NCBI RefSeq assembly: GCF_021869535.1
Contig: NW_026262679.1
Coordinates: forward strand, 83,824,001 to 83,888,000
Source: Mytilus californianus
Lineage: Eukaryota
Direction: 5' to 3'
Length of the DNA stretch: 64,000 nt
Shown here: piece after piece, positions 12,490-25,559 of the stretch
Layout of the letters: each line of letters begins with the position of its first letter
Position numbering within the stretch: the stretch's first letter is position 1
Notes under the pieces: generated by a model
The model's input: the letters and a program-made list of their open reading frames with translations, nothing else
What the model was told of the DNA's origin: nothing
The model's database searches: none
Made by a program: the position numbers and the translations under genes

Positions 12490-14011
12490 GTTATTAATTT
12501 GCATTGGGAAACATGCACATACATGCTTATACATACAGTGATGTATGCCTCCGAATTGAAGACAATATTAAATCTTTTCTTCCTTGAATATGTTTTAGAA
12601 ACAAGTAGTTAACTGAAAGATATAAAAAAAAAAATCCAGTAATCTCCATTCCTTACAAAAATAATCATAAAAAAAAAATACTGGTACAATGTATATATAT
12701 TTTTGTTCTAAAACTGTCCTGTTACATATAAATTTCCAGTAATTTTAATCTCTGTACAGGATAAAAAAATCAAACTGGAACATTGCCGTTTTATGAACTA
12801 ATATATTGAGAATACCATATTTCTGGGTATTTTGGTTTTAACCAGTATTTGGTTCCTAAAATAAAAGTACCAAAATTAAACAAACTAAAATATAGCTACC
12901 ATAAGAAAGATTTTAACTAACATAAGTAAAAAAAGTAGCAATGATCATGATGATACGGTTGGATTATACTTTACTTGATTACCAGATCATATAATTATTG
13001 TAACAACACTTCAATTAATAAAGTGTTAACTTAATTGATCCAACCTTTATTAGTTCTAATGTAACTAATATGATCTTATTAATTAATTTTCCTTATTATG
13101 ATGAATTAGTCTTAGAAGCTTTTGTGTTTTGTCTTATCTCAAGCGTCAAACGATAGAATTGAGAATGGAAACGGGGAATGTGTCAAAGAGACAACAACCT
13201 GTCCAAAGAGCAGAAAACAACCCAATGCCACAAATGGATCTTCAAGGCAGCTAGAAAATCCCATTATGTACAAACATAACTAATCAAAACTAAACTGTCT
13301 TTTATTTATTTGTACTTGAAATGATTATCTAAACATAATAAATGTTACATGTTCCATTGTTGAAAATCAATATGGATTTTATAATAGGATTGTCACATTT
13401 TTTTTAAAGAATATAGGTGTGAAAACTTGGCTGATCCACTCACTTATTTAAAGGCTTTTAGTGCATTGTCTAAGTTCCCACATCAATAACAGCTAGAAAA
13501 AAAAGTGGTAAATCCTTATAATTTTTAATTCAAACATTTTTTATTTTTAAAAAAAACACCTTTCTTGCATTTGGAACCCTAGCATTTAATTCATGTGTAT
13601 TGCTCATGAATACCAGTACATCATTACAGGCATATATCTCAATGAAATTGACAGTGTTTCATAGGTTACAAAAGTATTTCTCACAAAGTGAGGTATCACA
13701 GTGTAAACAAAGGAAATAAGTTCTAATGGACTAACACCAAACAAATCTTAATTAAACTGTACAGTAGATATAAAGACAATTTCAAAGTATACAATAATAA
13801 AGGTTTAAAACAATCAGTGCAATTATGATTGATAAAGAGTGAAAAGATACCAGGGGGGGGGAGGGAATCAAAAATAATAAGTCAAATAACAACATCATGG
13901 CCAAAAAATAAATGAAAAAACAACAGTTCACAAAACACAACATACAAAACTCAAGATGATAAACACTTAGCAACTTAACTCACCTGAAAACATTTTGTTT
14001 GGATTTTGTAG

Positions 14012-14179
14012 GTGTAATACCACAGTTTACAAGATCTGGTGGCTCTGTTATTGATTTAAGTGGTGTAGAAGATGAAACAGGATCATCACATAATCCAAAG
14101 TTTACAATACCAGCTTCACTATCGTTTGTTCCTATGCCATCTGTATTTGGAGGACATTTGAAGCCAAATATTCCTTCTG
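14012..14179 (+). CDS. ZF-A coding exon 2: (G)VIPQFTRSGGSVIDLSGVEDETGSSHNPKFTIPASLSFVPMPSVFGGHLKPNIPS(D)
   Basis: tttgtag|GT...TCTG|gtaagt, 168 nt, phase 1-1; IPASLSF.P.P motif matches the start of the big exons of ZF-B and ZF-C. Confidence 0.8.
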
Positions 14180-14354
14180 GTAAGTAATATATAGTGATTG
14201 TTTAGAATAGGACAAGAAAAAAATTTGCAGTACACATGTAAATAAAACTGAGGAGATATGGTATAATTGCCAGCCAATGAAACAACAATCCACCAGAGTG
14301 AAAATGTAGTGGTAGTAAGCAATTATAAGCCACCGTACAGCCTTCAATAATGAA

Positions 14355-15355
14355 ATAAACTGTTATCACAGAGATATGTCTCGCCTTTTTGTAATTTTGA
14401 TAATGCAAATGTTGAAATTAAAATAGCAGTACTTTAACATGTAAGTTATGCAAATATTCAAAGTGGATGAACCATGACTGAAGGTACATGGCTAAACAAT
14501 CTCCATGGAAATGAGATGTGCCAATGCTAATACAACTGCATACCTAATACCATTGACTTATTATAATGGGTTCCCTTTAAACAAACTTAAACACTAACAT
14601 TAACTTGTAAACTATGTAAAAGTTTCAAAGTCAATGAACCATGATGAGGGGGTGGGGCTATATAATCTCCATGGAAACTATACATGCAAATGCCAATAAA
14701 TTTGCATACCAAATATCATTGACTTAACATTAGCAGTTCATCTTAAACTGATCTAATCACAAACCAATACATGTAAACTAAGCAAAAGTTTCAAAGTCAT
14801 TAGACCATGACTGAGGGGGCGGAGCCCAATATTCTCCATGGAAATGAGATATATGCTAATGCTTTTACAACTGAATACCAATTAACATTGGCCTACCACT
14901 TAAGGTTCCCCTTGAACTGACCTAATCACAAACTAATACATGTGAACTAAGATAAATTTTAAAGTCAATAGACCATGACTAAGGGGGCGGACCCAAATAA
15001 TCTCCATGGAAATGAGATATGCCAATGCTTATACAACTGTATACCAAATATCATTGACCTACCACTAGTGGTTCCCCCTTAAACTGACCTAATCACAAAC
15101 TAATACATGTAAACTAAGCAAAAGTTTCAAAGTCAATAGACCATGACTGAGGGGGCAGGGCTAAATAATCTCCATGGAAATGAGATGTGCCAATGCTAAT
15201 ACAACTGCATACCAAATATCATTGACCTACCACTTGGGGTTCACTATAAACTAGACCTAATAACAAACTTATACATTGTTGACGCCGCCAACACAGGAAA
15301 CAGCATACCTACATGTATGTCTCGTTCTTTGACTCTGTCAAGGCGAGACAAAAAA
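14355..15355 (+). mobile_element. HINE-like element with five 167-bp units, in a ZF-A intron
   Basis: 5' TATGTCTCGCCT inverted to 3' AGGCGAGACA; 3' hairpin; ACCATGA marker near 14471, 14638, 14804, 14972 and 15140; interrupts a dispersed repeat at an A-run. Confidence 0.75.
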
Positions 15356-16307
15356 ACCATGCCGTATAGTCCACTATAAAAGGCACCATGATGAAAAATG
15401 TGAGACAATTCAAGCAAGAAAACTAACAGCTTGATATATAATAAAACAATTTACGAAAAAAACAAATATGACAGACAAGATACATTGTTTAAATTTTATT
15501 GTACAGATGAAATTGAATAGAAAGTGATTACTATTTTAAAAAGCAGACATTAAAAGAATTAAGTCCCTGTCAACAAATTGCTGTACATATAGTGTAACCT
15601 GTGTCTGTCCTTCCATCATTCCAAAATAACTCAATCTTCACTACGGGTGACATTATAATATATAAGAGTGTACATGGGGTACCCTATAAGATGATTTAAG
15701 ATAAGATTTTGCTTAAAACATATTGAAAATAAGTATTTCTCTACTTCTAAGCAGATTTATCCTTTTCCTGACCTTGTGTGGTTTGTTTGATCTCAGTTCT
15801 TCATTGGTAAAAAATCAATTTTAACATCAAGTTTTCTTGTGATCCTCTTAATTTCCTATCAAAATTCATGAAAAAAGGCAACCATGTCTGATGACGTTAC
15901 ATAGAAAGAACTTATCTTTTTGCAGATCATTGGAAAAGAAGAATTAAGTTTGTCTGCTTATCGTCTAAATGTCATTAAAGAAACAGATTCTACCACCAAA
16001 TCTTGTTCAATACGATATTTCTCAACTCTCGACAGTTAAATTTTAAATATTTAAAATGCTTGACGAGCCTCATGTTTTAAATTTGAAAATTTAACTATCT
16101 CTGTTGGAGAAATATCATATCACACTAGATGCAGTGGTAGAATCTATATTTATACAATTCTACGATAATGGTAGCGAAAAAAATGTGTTATAGTGATAAA
16201 TATTTTAGTCTCATTTGATGCTAACACTTGACCATTAAGACCATTTCTACCCTCATATGTATACATGGTTTTAGTTGCAATAACTTATTTTGTTTTCTTC
16301 TATACAG

Positions 16308-18523
16308 ATATACTAGAGACATCATCATCTGGTATACAACATCACAGAACAAATTCTGAGACAGCAGCTGTTCCTAAATTCTCATCTGGCTTGTCAAGGT
16401 CTACTCTCGAAGGTTTTGGCTCTGCAAATGAAGCAATAACAAGCCCTTACTCTTACCAGAAATTTTCAGAATCATCAGATAAACATCATACAAATCATAT
16501 CTCAAAAAATGTTTCAAATATGTCACCAAAAAATCATCATGAAAACCGAAATCAGACTGAAAAGTATATAAGACTTGAACCAAAAATAGATATATCTGTA
16601 AATGAGAAAGATTTAGATTCCAGGAGTAATCAGTTGAACAGTTTGATAGCTCCTGTAAATAATGGTTTTGATTCAACTCTACCAAGTACTGTTAGTGTTT
16701 ATGATGTTCAAGATTCCAACAAGTCAGCAAGTGAGAGTGTGCCTGCACAGGGCATGTTGTCAGATTTAGGGGCTGAACATTCCATTAAACAAAACAATAA
16801 GTCTTTAAAGCAGATAATTCCAGAGAAAATTCATGAACCATCACACAAAGTACATGATTTTATGTCAAAAGTTAGAAACCAACAAAGAAGTCAGCAAAAT
16901 GCTAAAAATATTCCAAGGTGCTTGACTTGCAATGTACGGCTTGGTACATACAAGGAACTTATAAATCATAACACTGTTCACGGTAAATCCAGTGTCTGTC
17001 CTGTTTGTAATAGGTTTTTCACCACAAGAGGTAGTTTTATCAGACACAGCATTGCTCATATGCAAAAGCGCAGTTTTCCATGTCCATGTTGTTATGCTTG
17101 TTTTACACGGAAAGATAATTTAAAGCGTCACTTTAACGTTACCCATAAGAATACAGATTGGAAACCAGTAGATACACAGAACTTGGAAGAAACGGTACAA
17201 AGTGGTTCTAAAAATTTAACTGAACAAGATGAAATGTCTGGTGTATTTTTAGGTGATAAACCATCTAGCTTTTCACCTGTTTTCCCAACATTTGAACAAC
17301 CTACGAAAGGTTCAAGTGTAACCACTGCAACATCATTTAATGATAAAACTTCTAAGTTAAATTCCATTGTTGATAATCTGCATTGCAAGAAGAAACTGCC
17401 TGTGTTAAGATCCATATTGACCATGAACCATAAGGGACCTATTGGAACACAAATATCTAAACAACTAAAACATGTTGATCCTTTAAGCACTGAAAATTTG
17501 GAAATTGATTTAGAAGAGAGTAATTTTGAGAAAAATGCTGGAGTGAATTACATGTGTAGTGCATGTAATATTGGTTTCCATTCCCTTGCAGAGATGAAAG
17601 CGCATATAGTAAGAACACATGGAGAAGATGTAGCTAATGACCAAATATCATCTGAAGATGATTCTAAAGACCAGATTGATGAATTTGAAAACACAGATCT
17701 CCAGGGTAGATCTTTGAATGAAAAAGAACAAGGTATAAGTGACTATGATGCGTGCCCTGAAATTGTAATTAAAGAAGATCAAACATTTGAAGGACAACAA
17801 GTGGATGAATTTTTTAATTCCAATGTGTTTGATATTGGAAGAATTGAAAGTATGAAATATGATAGTGACACTTCAAAAAGAACATCTGAAGTTCAGATGC
17901 CATCAAATACTGAACTACTGTTGAATCCATCACAAATCAAACAAGAATCTGAAATAGATTTAGAAAGCTGGATCAAGTGTCAGTCCCTATATGATAGTTC
18001 TGAGAAGGAAGAAAATGAAAATTTTATTGAAATTAAACCAGAAACAGGGACTTGTGGTACTCAGATATACCAAAATCAGTCACAGCCAAGTTCTTTAACC
18101 TTACCAGAAACAGATGCTTTATTTGCAAAACATTTATATGAACCCGGGATTAGTCAGAACAAACACAATCATGTTGTTCAAAGGCCAAAACAAAAAGAGA
18201 CAGAAAGTAAACCAAAGAAACGTAGGATTGCCCTACATAGTGAATTGACTGTATGTCGACTATGTGGTATGTATCTTGACTCAGGGGCACAAGTTGTCCA
18301 ACATGGAACACAACAACACCCTGGCCAGTTAGATGCAGCTACATGTGTCGTCTGTTTTACAAAGCTCAGTGGGTATGATTCTCTTTACCGTCATTGCCAG
18401 TTGCATTTTGGTGTCATGTTTTCATGTCAATATTGTAAATCTAAGTTCACAAGAAAAGATAATCTTACAAGACATATAAAGAATACACATCCCGATCAAA
18501 GAAATCTTAATGAAACAGCTTAG
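16308..18523 (+). CDS. ZF-A terminal exon, seven C2H2 zinc fingers (3+1+3); full protein 849 aa
   Basis: tttcttctatacag|AT, phase 1, 2216 nt open to TAG; fingers include CPCCYACFTRKDNLKRHFNVTH and CQYCKSKFTRKDNLTRHIKNTH. Confidence 0.92.
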
Positions 18524-19942
18524 TTTTTTATGTTGAGGGAGTAAACCATGGTCATAGGAGATAACTCTGAATCAGAAATATGTTTGTAAAAGAAAGGCTA
18601 TTCAGTGCTTTATTAAAACAAATGTAGCATTTGTATGACTGAGAATTAATTATAAACTGTGCTACTTTGAAGTGTAGAAGGTATTAAGAAAATAGCTCTG
18701 ACACAAACATACTTTGATTTTTAAGATTTATGTTTCTTATCCTAGTTCTACCTTCATAAGTCACAAAGTTTTTCACAAACAAACTGATAATTACACGATA
18801 GAAAAGTCCAGGATAGTTGTTTTAATTTGAAGGTTGAAAAGTAATGTTGTGTTACATTTTTCTATGCATCCTCCTAATACTAGTATTTCACACAGGCCAA
18901 TTTAGCAAATGGAATGATTTAAATAGATTTCCACTTTGAAATTTGACCACACTCTTCTATTTTGACCTCCTCACTCTGTTCAAAACTTATCTTTAGTCGA
19001 CACCACCCATACGTTGATGTTTCCATGCAGAGACGTTGTTTTGATCCCAAACCTGATTTCTGACGTTATTACATGACTTTTGTGTGTAAAATGAAATCCA
19101 ACATGGACAGTTTATCTTGGAACATGAAGTATAGAATCATTATGAGGCTTATACGTGTTCAACATCAATAAATCCATTTATCTTTATTTTCTTGAATATA
19201 AATATATTTTCATTAAATATAGCATTTAACATGAAAAACTCATGTTATTTTTAGAAAAAAATAAAATCTTTTCTGGCTTTTGCATGACCTTTCTTTAAAA
19301 TAATCGTCTGTCAAAATGAAATTTTGTCAGGCAAAACTCAGGAGAAGGAAAGTTATCTGACATTGTCTTATTCAACTTAAATTATACTCCCGTGAGGTAA
19401 AAGACAGGTAGACACTGATAATGCTACATGTAAATAACCTTTTAAAACTGCAAATTTTGAAAAATGTCAAGTTTATTTTCAATTTTTTTATTTTGGCTTA
19501 CTGAACACATGAGTAGTTCAATTGATAGCAGTGAGATTATTAAAGTTAGAATAAAAACTGAAAGTTTAAATTTTTCTTTGTTTTTAATGTGAAAGTTCCA
19601 TGAAAATCATGGAAGAAATTTATAAGACACTATTAATCTTTATGTTGTTATTTTGACACTGTTTTGGGTGACTTGTTTAACTGTTTGACCTAGCTAACAG
19701 ACAGTAACACAGCACACAGTACACAAAAATATAATCACTGCAGTGTTGACATTTTTCTAATCTTTTAAGGTAATACATGTATATGAATAAAAGGAGATCT
19801 ATGTGGGTTGTGTTTAATTTTGTTTTTTTGAAACTTGCACAATAATATTGTGAACTGTTGTGATGTTTCTTTGAAGTTTGAGGAAAGAGAGGTTAAATGT
19901 TGATTTTTTTTTTAAATTGCTGAACAAAGCCATTAATATATA

Positions 19943-20940
19943 TTGTCTCGCCTTGACAAAGTCAAAAAGCGAGACATAGGTATGCTTTAGGTATAGGCGG
20001 CGGCGTCAGGGTCAACAATGTATTAGTTTGTGATTAGGTCTAGTTTAGTGGTGAAACACTAGTGGTAGGTCAATGAAATTTGGTATGCAGTTGTATTAGC
20101 ATTGGCAAATCTCATTACCATGCAGATTATTTGGCCCTGCGCCCTCAGTCATGGTCTAGTGACTTCTAAACTTTACTTAGTTTACATGTATTAGTTTGTG
20201 ATTAGGTCAGTTTATGGGGAACCACTAGTGGTAGGTCAATGATATTTGGTATGCAGTTGTATAAGCATTGGCATATCTCATTTCCATGGATATTATTTGG
20301 CCCCGCCCCCTCAGTCATGGTTTATTGACTTTGAAACTTTTGCTTATTTTACTTGTATTAGTTTATGATTAGGTCAGTTTAAGGGGGACTGTTAGTGGTA
20401 GGCCAATGTTAATTAGTATGCAGTTGTATAAGCATTGGCACATCTTATTTCCATGGAGAATATTTGGCCCCGCCCCCCTCAGTCATGGTCTATTGACTTT
20501 GAAACGTTTGCTTAGTTTACATATGTATTAGTTTGTGATTAGGTCTGTTTAAGATGAACCACTAATGTTAAGTCAATGATATTTTGTATGCAAATGTATT
20601 GGCATTTGCAAGTTTCATTTCCATGGAGATTATATAACCCCACCCCCTAATTATGGTTCATTGACTTTGAAACTTTTACATAGCTTACAAGTTAATGTTT
20701 GTGTTTAGGTTTGTTTAAAGGGAACGACTTATGAAAAGTCAATGGTATTTGGTATGCAATGGTATTAGCATGGACACATCTCATTTCCATGGAGATTGTT
20801 TAGCCCTGTACCTTCAGTCATGGTTCATTGACTTTGAATATTTGCATAACTTACATGTTAAAGTATTGCTATTTTAATTTCAACATTTGCATTATCAAAA
20901 TAACAAATAGGCGAGACATATCTCTGTGATAACAGTTTAT
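19943..20940 (-). mobile_element. HINE-like element, inverted copy of 14355-15355
   Basis: Reverse complement matches both termini (TTGTCTCGCCTTGAC..., ...GGCGAGACATATCTCTGTGATAACAGTTTAT) and the 167-bp units. Confidence 0.78.
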
Positions 20941-22165
20941 GTTTAGTAAAAATTTACATGATACATGTACATGTATTCATATGTAAGCGTCGATCAATTG
21001 TTCTAAAACACTTATGAATACAAGTCACACTGTACCTGAAGATCTGTAATAGCAGTGAAAGCACTAGTAAAGGGATGAAATGAAACCATTATTTCTTTTA
21101 TTCATTTTCTTATATGTATAAACCAGCATACAGATTCTATTGAACATTTCTTTATATATATGTTCATTACATTGTTCAGGGGTCAATCAAAGATTTTGGT
21201 TTAGAGGGTGACAAATGACCTTAGTTTTTCCTGATGTCTTTTTTTTTTTTATTCCAATTTTCAACTTCATGAGAAAAAATCTCTTTATCTGATCATCATT
21301 TGGAACAATACCTGAGTGTCAGCTATATAAGTTTCACCTTGACCGTTCAAGTGATTCCTATTCCAAATTTCCTATATTTGAGCTACCGTCATCGTAACAG
21401 TAAAAAGTTTGTCAGTAACATTTCTTTAACAAAAAACTTGCCATTTATTGTCATGTGGTGTACCAAATTTCAAGCCTCTCTTCAGATTTTGCCCAAATGT
21501 GGGCATGATAAATGGACATTGAAGTTTTTATTTCAACATACCAGTATATCTGATATTCCCTGTACTTATGATTGATGAAGGATACTTAAAACTCCCATGA
21601 GTGTCATGTGTCACTTAATCGCGCCAGATTGATGAACGATATATTCATATATTGTATGTCATACTTATTAAATGAAATTTACTGAAGATTTATTTTATTT
21701 GATTCCATTTGGTCAACAAATCTTTATGAATCCATTTTTTTTTTTTTATTATTATTTTAGATGTTTCATGTTATTCTTTGATTCTCCATGTCGATTTTTG
21801 TGTAATGATTCCATTTGTTATTTATATATTTGTAAACATTCCATTTTTTTTGTGTATATTTCTCATATTTATGTTGTGAACTTTTACATTATATTTAGTA
21901 TTGTTATATATAAAGATTAAATATGTTGTTATTTGTATTTCCTTTTCTGTCTTTCCTGCAATGAATGTCATGGACGGTTTTAAATATGTGGTACATTCGT
22001 TGTAGTGTCAACACCTAATGTTCAAACTTTTCTGATAAGTATAAAAATAAGGTGATGTGGTATGATTGCCAATAAGACAACTTACCACCAGAGACCAAAT
22101 GATGTAGAAGTTAGCAAATATAAGTCATTGTACGGCCTTCAACAATGAGCTTAACCCATATGTGA

Positions 22166-22885
22166 TTTTTATACGCCCGTTTACGGGACGTATTATGGTA
22201 TACCGTTGTCCGTCTGTCCGTCCGTCCGTCTGTCCGTCTGTCCGTCCGTCTGTCCGTCGTCAACATGTCGGACATTAACTCAAAATTGCTTAAACCAATT
22301 TGCATAAAACTTTGGTGAATTGTTTATATCTATTGACGTGAGCTCCCTTTCGTTTTTTATAAAATTTAGATTTTACGTTTCTGAGTTATGGGGTTTTATT
22401 CATTAAAAAAAGGGGGATTTTCCAGTTTTCGGACAATAAGTCAAGAATGCTTTCACCAACTTGCAAGAAATTGTGGTGAATTGTTTATATCTATTGACAT
22501 GAGCTCCCTTTTGATTTTTATAAATTTTAGATTTTACGTTTCCGAGTTACGGGGTTTTATTCATAAAAAAAGGGGGGACTTTCCAGTTATCAGACAAAAA
22601 CTCACAAATGCTTTCAGCAATTCTTATGAAACTTTGGTGAATTGTTTGTATGTATTGATGTAAGCTCCCTTTAGAATTTTATAAATTTTACATTTTACAT
22701 TTCTGAGTTATGGGGTTTTATTCATTAAAAAGGGGTGATTTTCCAGTTTTCTGACAATAACTCAAAAATGCTGTCACCAATTCTCATGAAACTTTGGTGA
22801 ATTGTTTATATCTATTGATGTAAGATCCCTTTATATTTTCATAAATTTCTAATATGACATTGAGAATTAATTATACTTTATTTGT
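22166..22885 (-). mobile_element. HINE-like element with GTCC/GTCT microsatellite and four 161-bp units
   Basis: TTTTTATACGCCCGTTTACGGGACGTAT hairpin end; AG(C/A)TCCC marker at 22341, 22502, 22663 and 22823. Confidence 0.7.
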
Positions 22886-24334
22886 TTATAGTCTGACAAC
22901 AGATTTACTAAGTATTGCACAACAGCAAGAAATCTTTAATTGAACATAAATTCAATTCATATAACCAATTTCAAGTTCTTTGAATACATTTATTCAGACA
23001 CCTATAATATGTCAAATATTTAATTACAATCCAAATTCAGACCTGAATCAAGCTTGAATATTGTGTCCATTTTTGCCCCAACTGTTAAGGGTTGGACCTC
23101 TGCTGGCGTATCTGGCTGCGCTCAGCGAAGCAGTTTATTTCTCATCACTTCGTCTATTCGTCATTGTCTTTTAACTTTTACAAAAATGCTTTCCTCTGAA
23201 ACTAGTTGGCCAATTGGTACCAAACATGACCACAGTTATCCTTGGGGTATCCAGTTTAAAAGCTGTGTTTGGTGATACTTCCTGCCAACTAACATTGCCA
23301 TCAAGAGCAAGTACGGTCCATTATCTTTAAAGCCATTATAGAAAGAAAATTTGACATAGGCAGATCTATCTACTGTCCATTTCGACCAAAAATGCAGACA
23401 ATTTAATGCTCTCTAATGATGATTTTTACTATATTTTGTCTTCTGCAATGAAAGTTGCAAAATGTGAGATGTGACGGAATACTATCGTACAGTGGTTGTA
23501 GTGTAAACAATGTTTAAAGCTTTATATTTCATTTAAAAGACCTAGATGAATCATAGATTGTATGCAGATGCCTTATGTTACAAAAGTTCTGTCTGTCATA
23601 TATCCATTGTCTTTGACCTCATTTTTCATGGATCAGGGACTGCCTGTAAAGAATGTAATGGGAATTTTTTTTTGTCATGTGATATATACTCATTTATTTT
23701 AAGTAACTCAATAACTATATTTTGTATATGGATCCTTGCAAGGTCTATCTGCCTGTCAGTCAGAGGAGTAATTCTGAAAAACCATATGCATGTATCCCAC
23801 ATGCATAATTTAATCCAGCAAGAGTGCACACACTGAAATGTCTCGTGTGCTTTACTAACCATGATTGATTTTTTATGTTGAAAGTCTTAAAGATAAAGGT
23901 TTAACTACAACTATCACATAAACTTATAGTATCTCAGAAATGAACTAAGCCACCAAAACTAAACAACTGACCAATGAACCATGAAAATTAGGTCAAGGTC
24001 AAATGATAGATGCCAGACTGACATGTACACCCTGCAATCATTCCATACATCAAATATAATTAATCTTTTGCTAATAGTATTTTAAAAACATACCAAAACA
24101 CAAAACTTAACAATGAAAATGAGGTCAAGGTATGATGAAACCTGCCAGACTGACATATACACTTTAGAATCATTCCATACACCAACTATAGTTGACCTAC
24201 TGACTATAGTATCTGAGAAATGGATCTTATCACGTAACTTTGATCTGGATAAATGATCCATGAAAGGAGGTAGAGTTCAGGTGAACCCTGTCTGACGAAC
24301 ATATGGAAATTGCAAAGAACCCATATACCAAATG

Positions 24335-24516
24335 AACTCGTCATTGATACCAGGATTAAAATTGTGTACACCAGATGGGCATTTCGACTACAAAAGATTC
24401 ATCAGTGAAGCTTGAATTAAAAAAGTTAAAAAGGCCAAATAAAGTACAGAGAATTGAGGACCCAACAATTCTGAAAGTTTAATACAGCTAAGGTAATCTA
24501 TTTCAGGGGTAGAAAA
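24335..24516 (-). mobile_element. Fragment of a second hammerhead-carrying repeat family (decayed retrozyme or Penelope-associated repeat)
   Basis: Minus strand contains CTTCA-CTGATGA-ATCTTTTGTAGTC-GAAA-TGCCCATC-TGGTG. Confidence 0.55.
24369..24410 (-). ncRNA. Degenerate type-I hammerhead ribozyme
   Basis: Core CUGAUGA and GAAA are intact, but stem II (AUCU/AGUC), stem III and stem I carry mismatches; probably inactive. Confidence 0.5.
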
Positions 24517-24980
24517 TATAGTTCTATTACTTATGAGTGAGAAATTAAAATTTCAGTCAAAAACAATTTCAGAATCCTGTCATTTGTGGAAAATTTAAAG
24601 AAAATTTAATCCTGATAATATGCCTACTCTTACTACATGTATTAACACGATGTTTGAAATAAAAGTTATACTTGAAAACTGAAGAAGTTAGCCGGACAAA
24701 CTTCATCCAAATATTTCAAGATCCTGTCAGTTATGGAAAATATTGAGAAAATCAAAATCCTGATAATATGTACACCTTCAATATAATATCGGCATACTGC
24801 TACAAAGTACTTGCTCGAAAACTGAAGAATTATCTGAATAAAATCATTTACCCTATGTGGGATAGACAGATGGGGTAAAACAATATGTCTTCTGACATTT
24901 TATCATTGGGACATAAAAAATATTCTATTTGTTCTGGTTGTTTCTGGACTGATCTATGCCTCTGACAATATCATCCTAAA

Positions 24981-25203
24981 TACAGTAAACCAACTAATTT
25001 TCGATAGCAATTTGATTTCGCGACTTTCGCGAGAAGAAAAATAACGCGAATATAAATCGTTGTGAAAATTTAAAAACTAGGATCTTTCCTTATCTAACTA
25101 CAACAAGTAAATCTGAAAATCACGAAATTAAATCGCCGCGAAGTGGGCTAGAAAGAGATAAACGCGAATTAAAGTATCCGCGAAAATAAGTTGGTTTACA
25201 GTA
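24981..25203. mobile_element. MITE with TA ends (Tc1/mariner-like)
   Basis: TACAGTAAACCAACTAATTTTCG ... CGAAAATAAGTTGGTTTACAGTA, about 23-bp near-perfect TIR. Confidence 0.75.
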
Positions 25204-25559
25204 TGCAACTTAAGATTCAGATACCAATATCAACCCAATACATACATTACCAAAAAGGGCATTATTATCATACACAACACAGAAGTGGCTTTTTGAAGAA
25301 GAAGTTACTAACTAAAGTTAAAATACTTGTGTCTGATCCATTTTTCCCATTGAACAATAAAATATGTTGAAACTAACTAGTTTTTTGGTGAATCACATTT
25401 TTCCCCCTCCGGATCCTTTTTCCTGTGTTCAGTCATCTAATATCACTCGATCAATATTTAAGTGAATGATCGAACTCTGTGTACTGATGTTTTCATGTTC
25501 AAATTTTGTGTTTTTAATTTGAGACACTTGTCTCTGAAAAATTTTACCAATATACCTTA

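Noticed and set aside
15888-15907. CTGATGA...GAAA as another hammerhead
   Set aside because: No G10.1-C11.1 closing pair or stem II, and no plausible stems I and III.
16265-16307. Signal-peptide-like start MVLVAITYFVFFYT of the 752-aa ORF
   Set aside because: It is the intronic pyrimidine tract before the acceptor at 16307; the real N-terminus comes from upstream exons.
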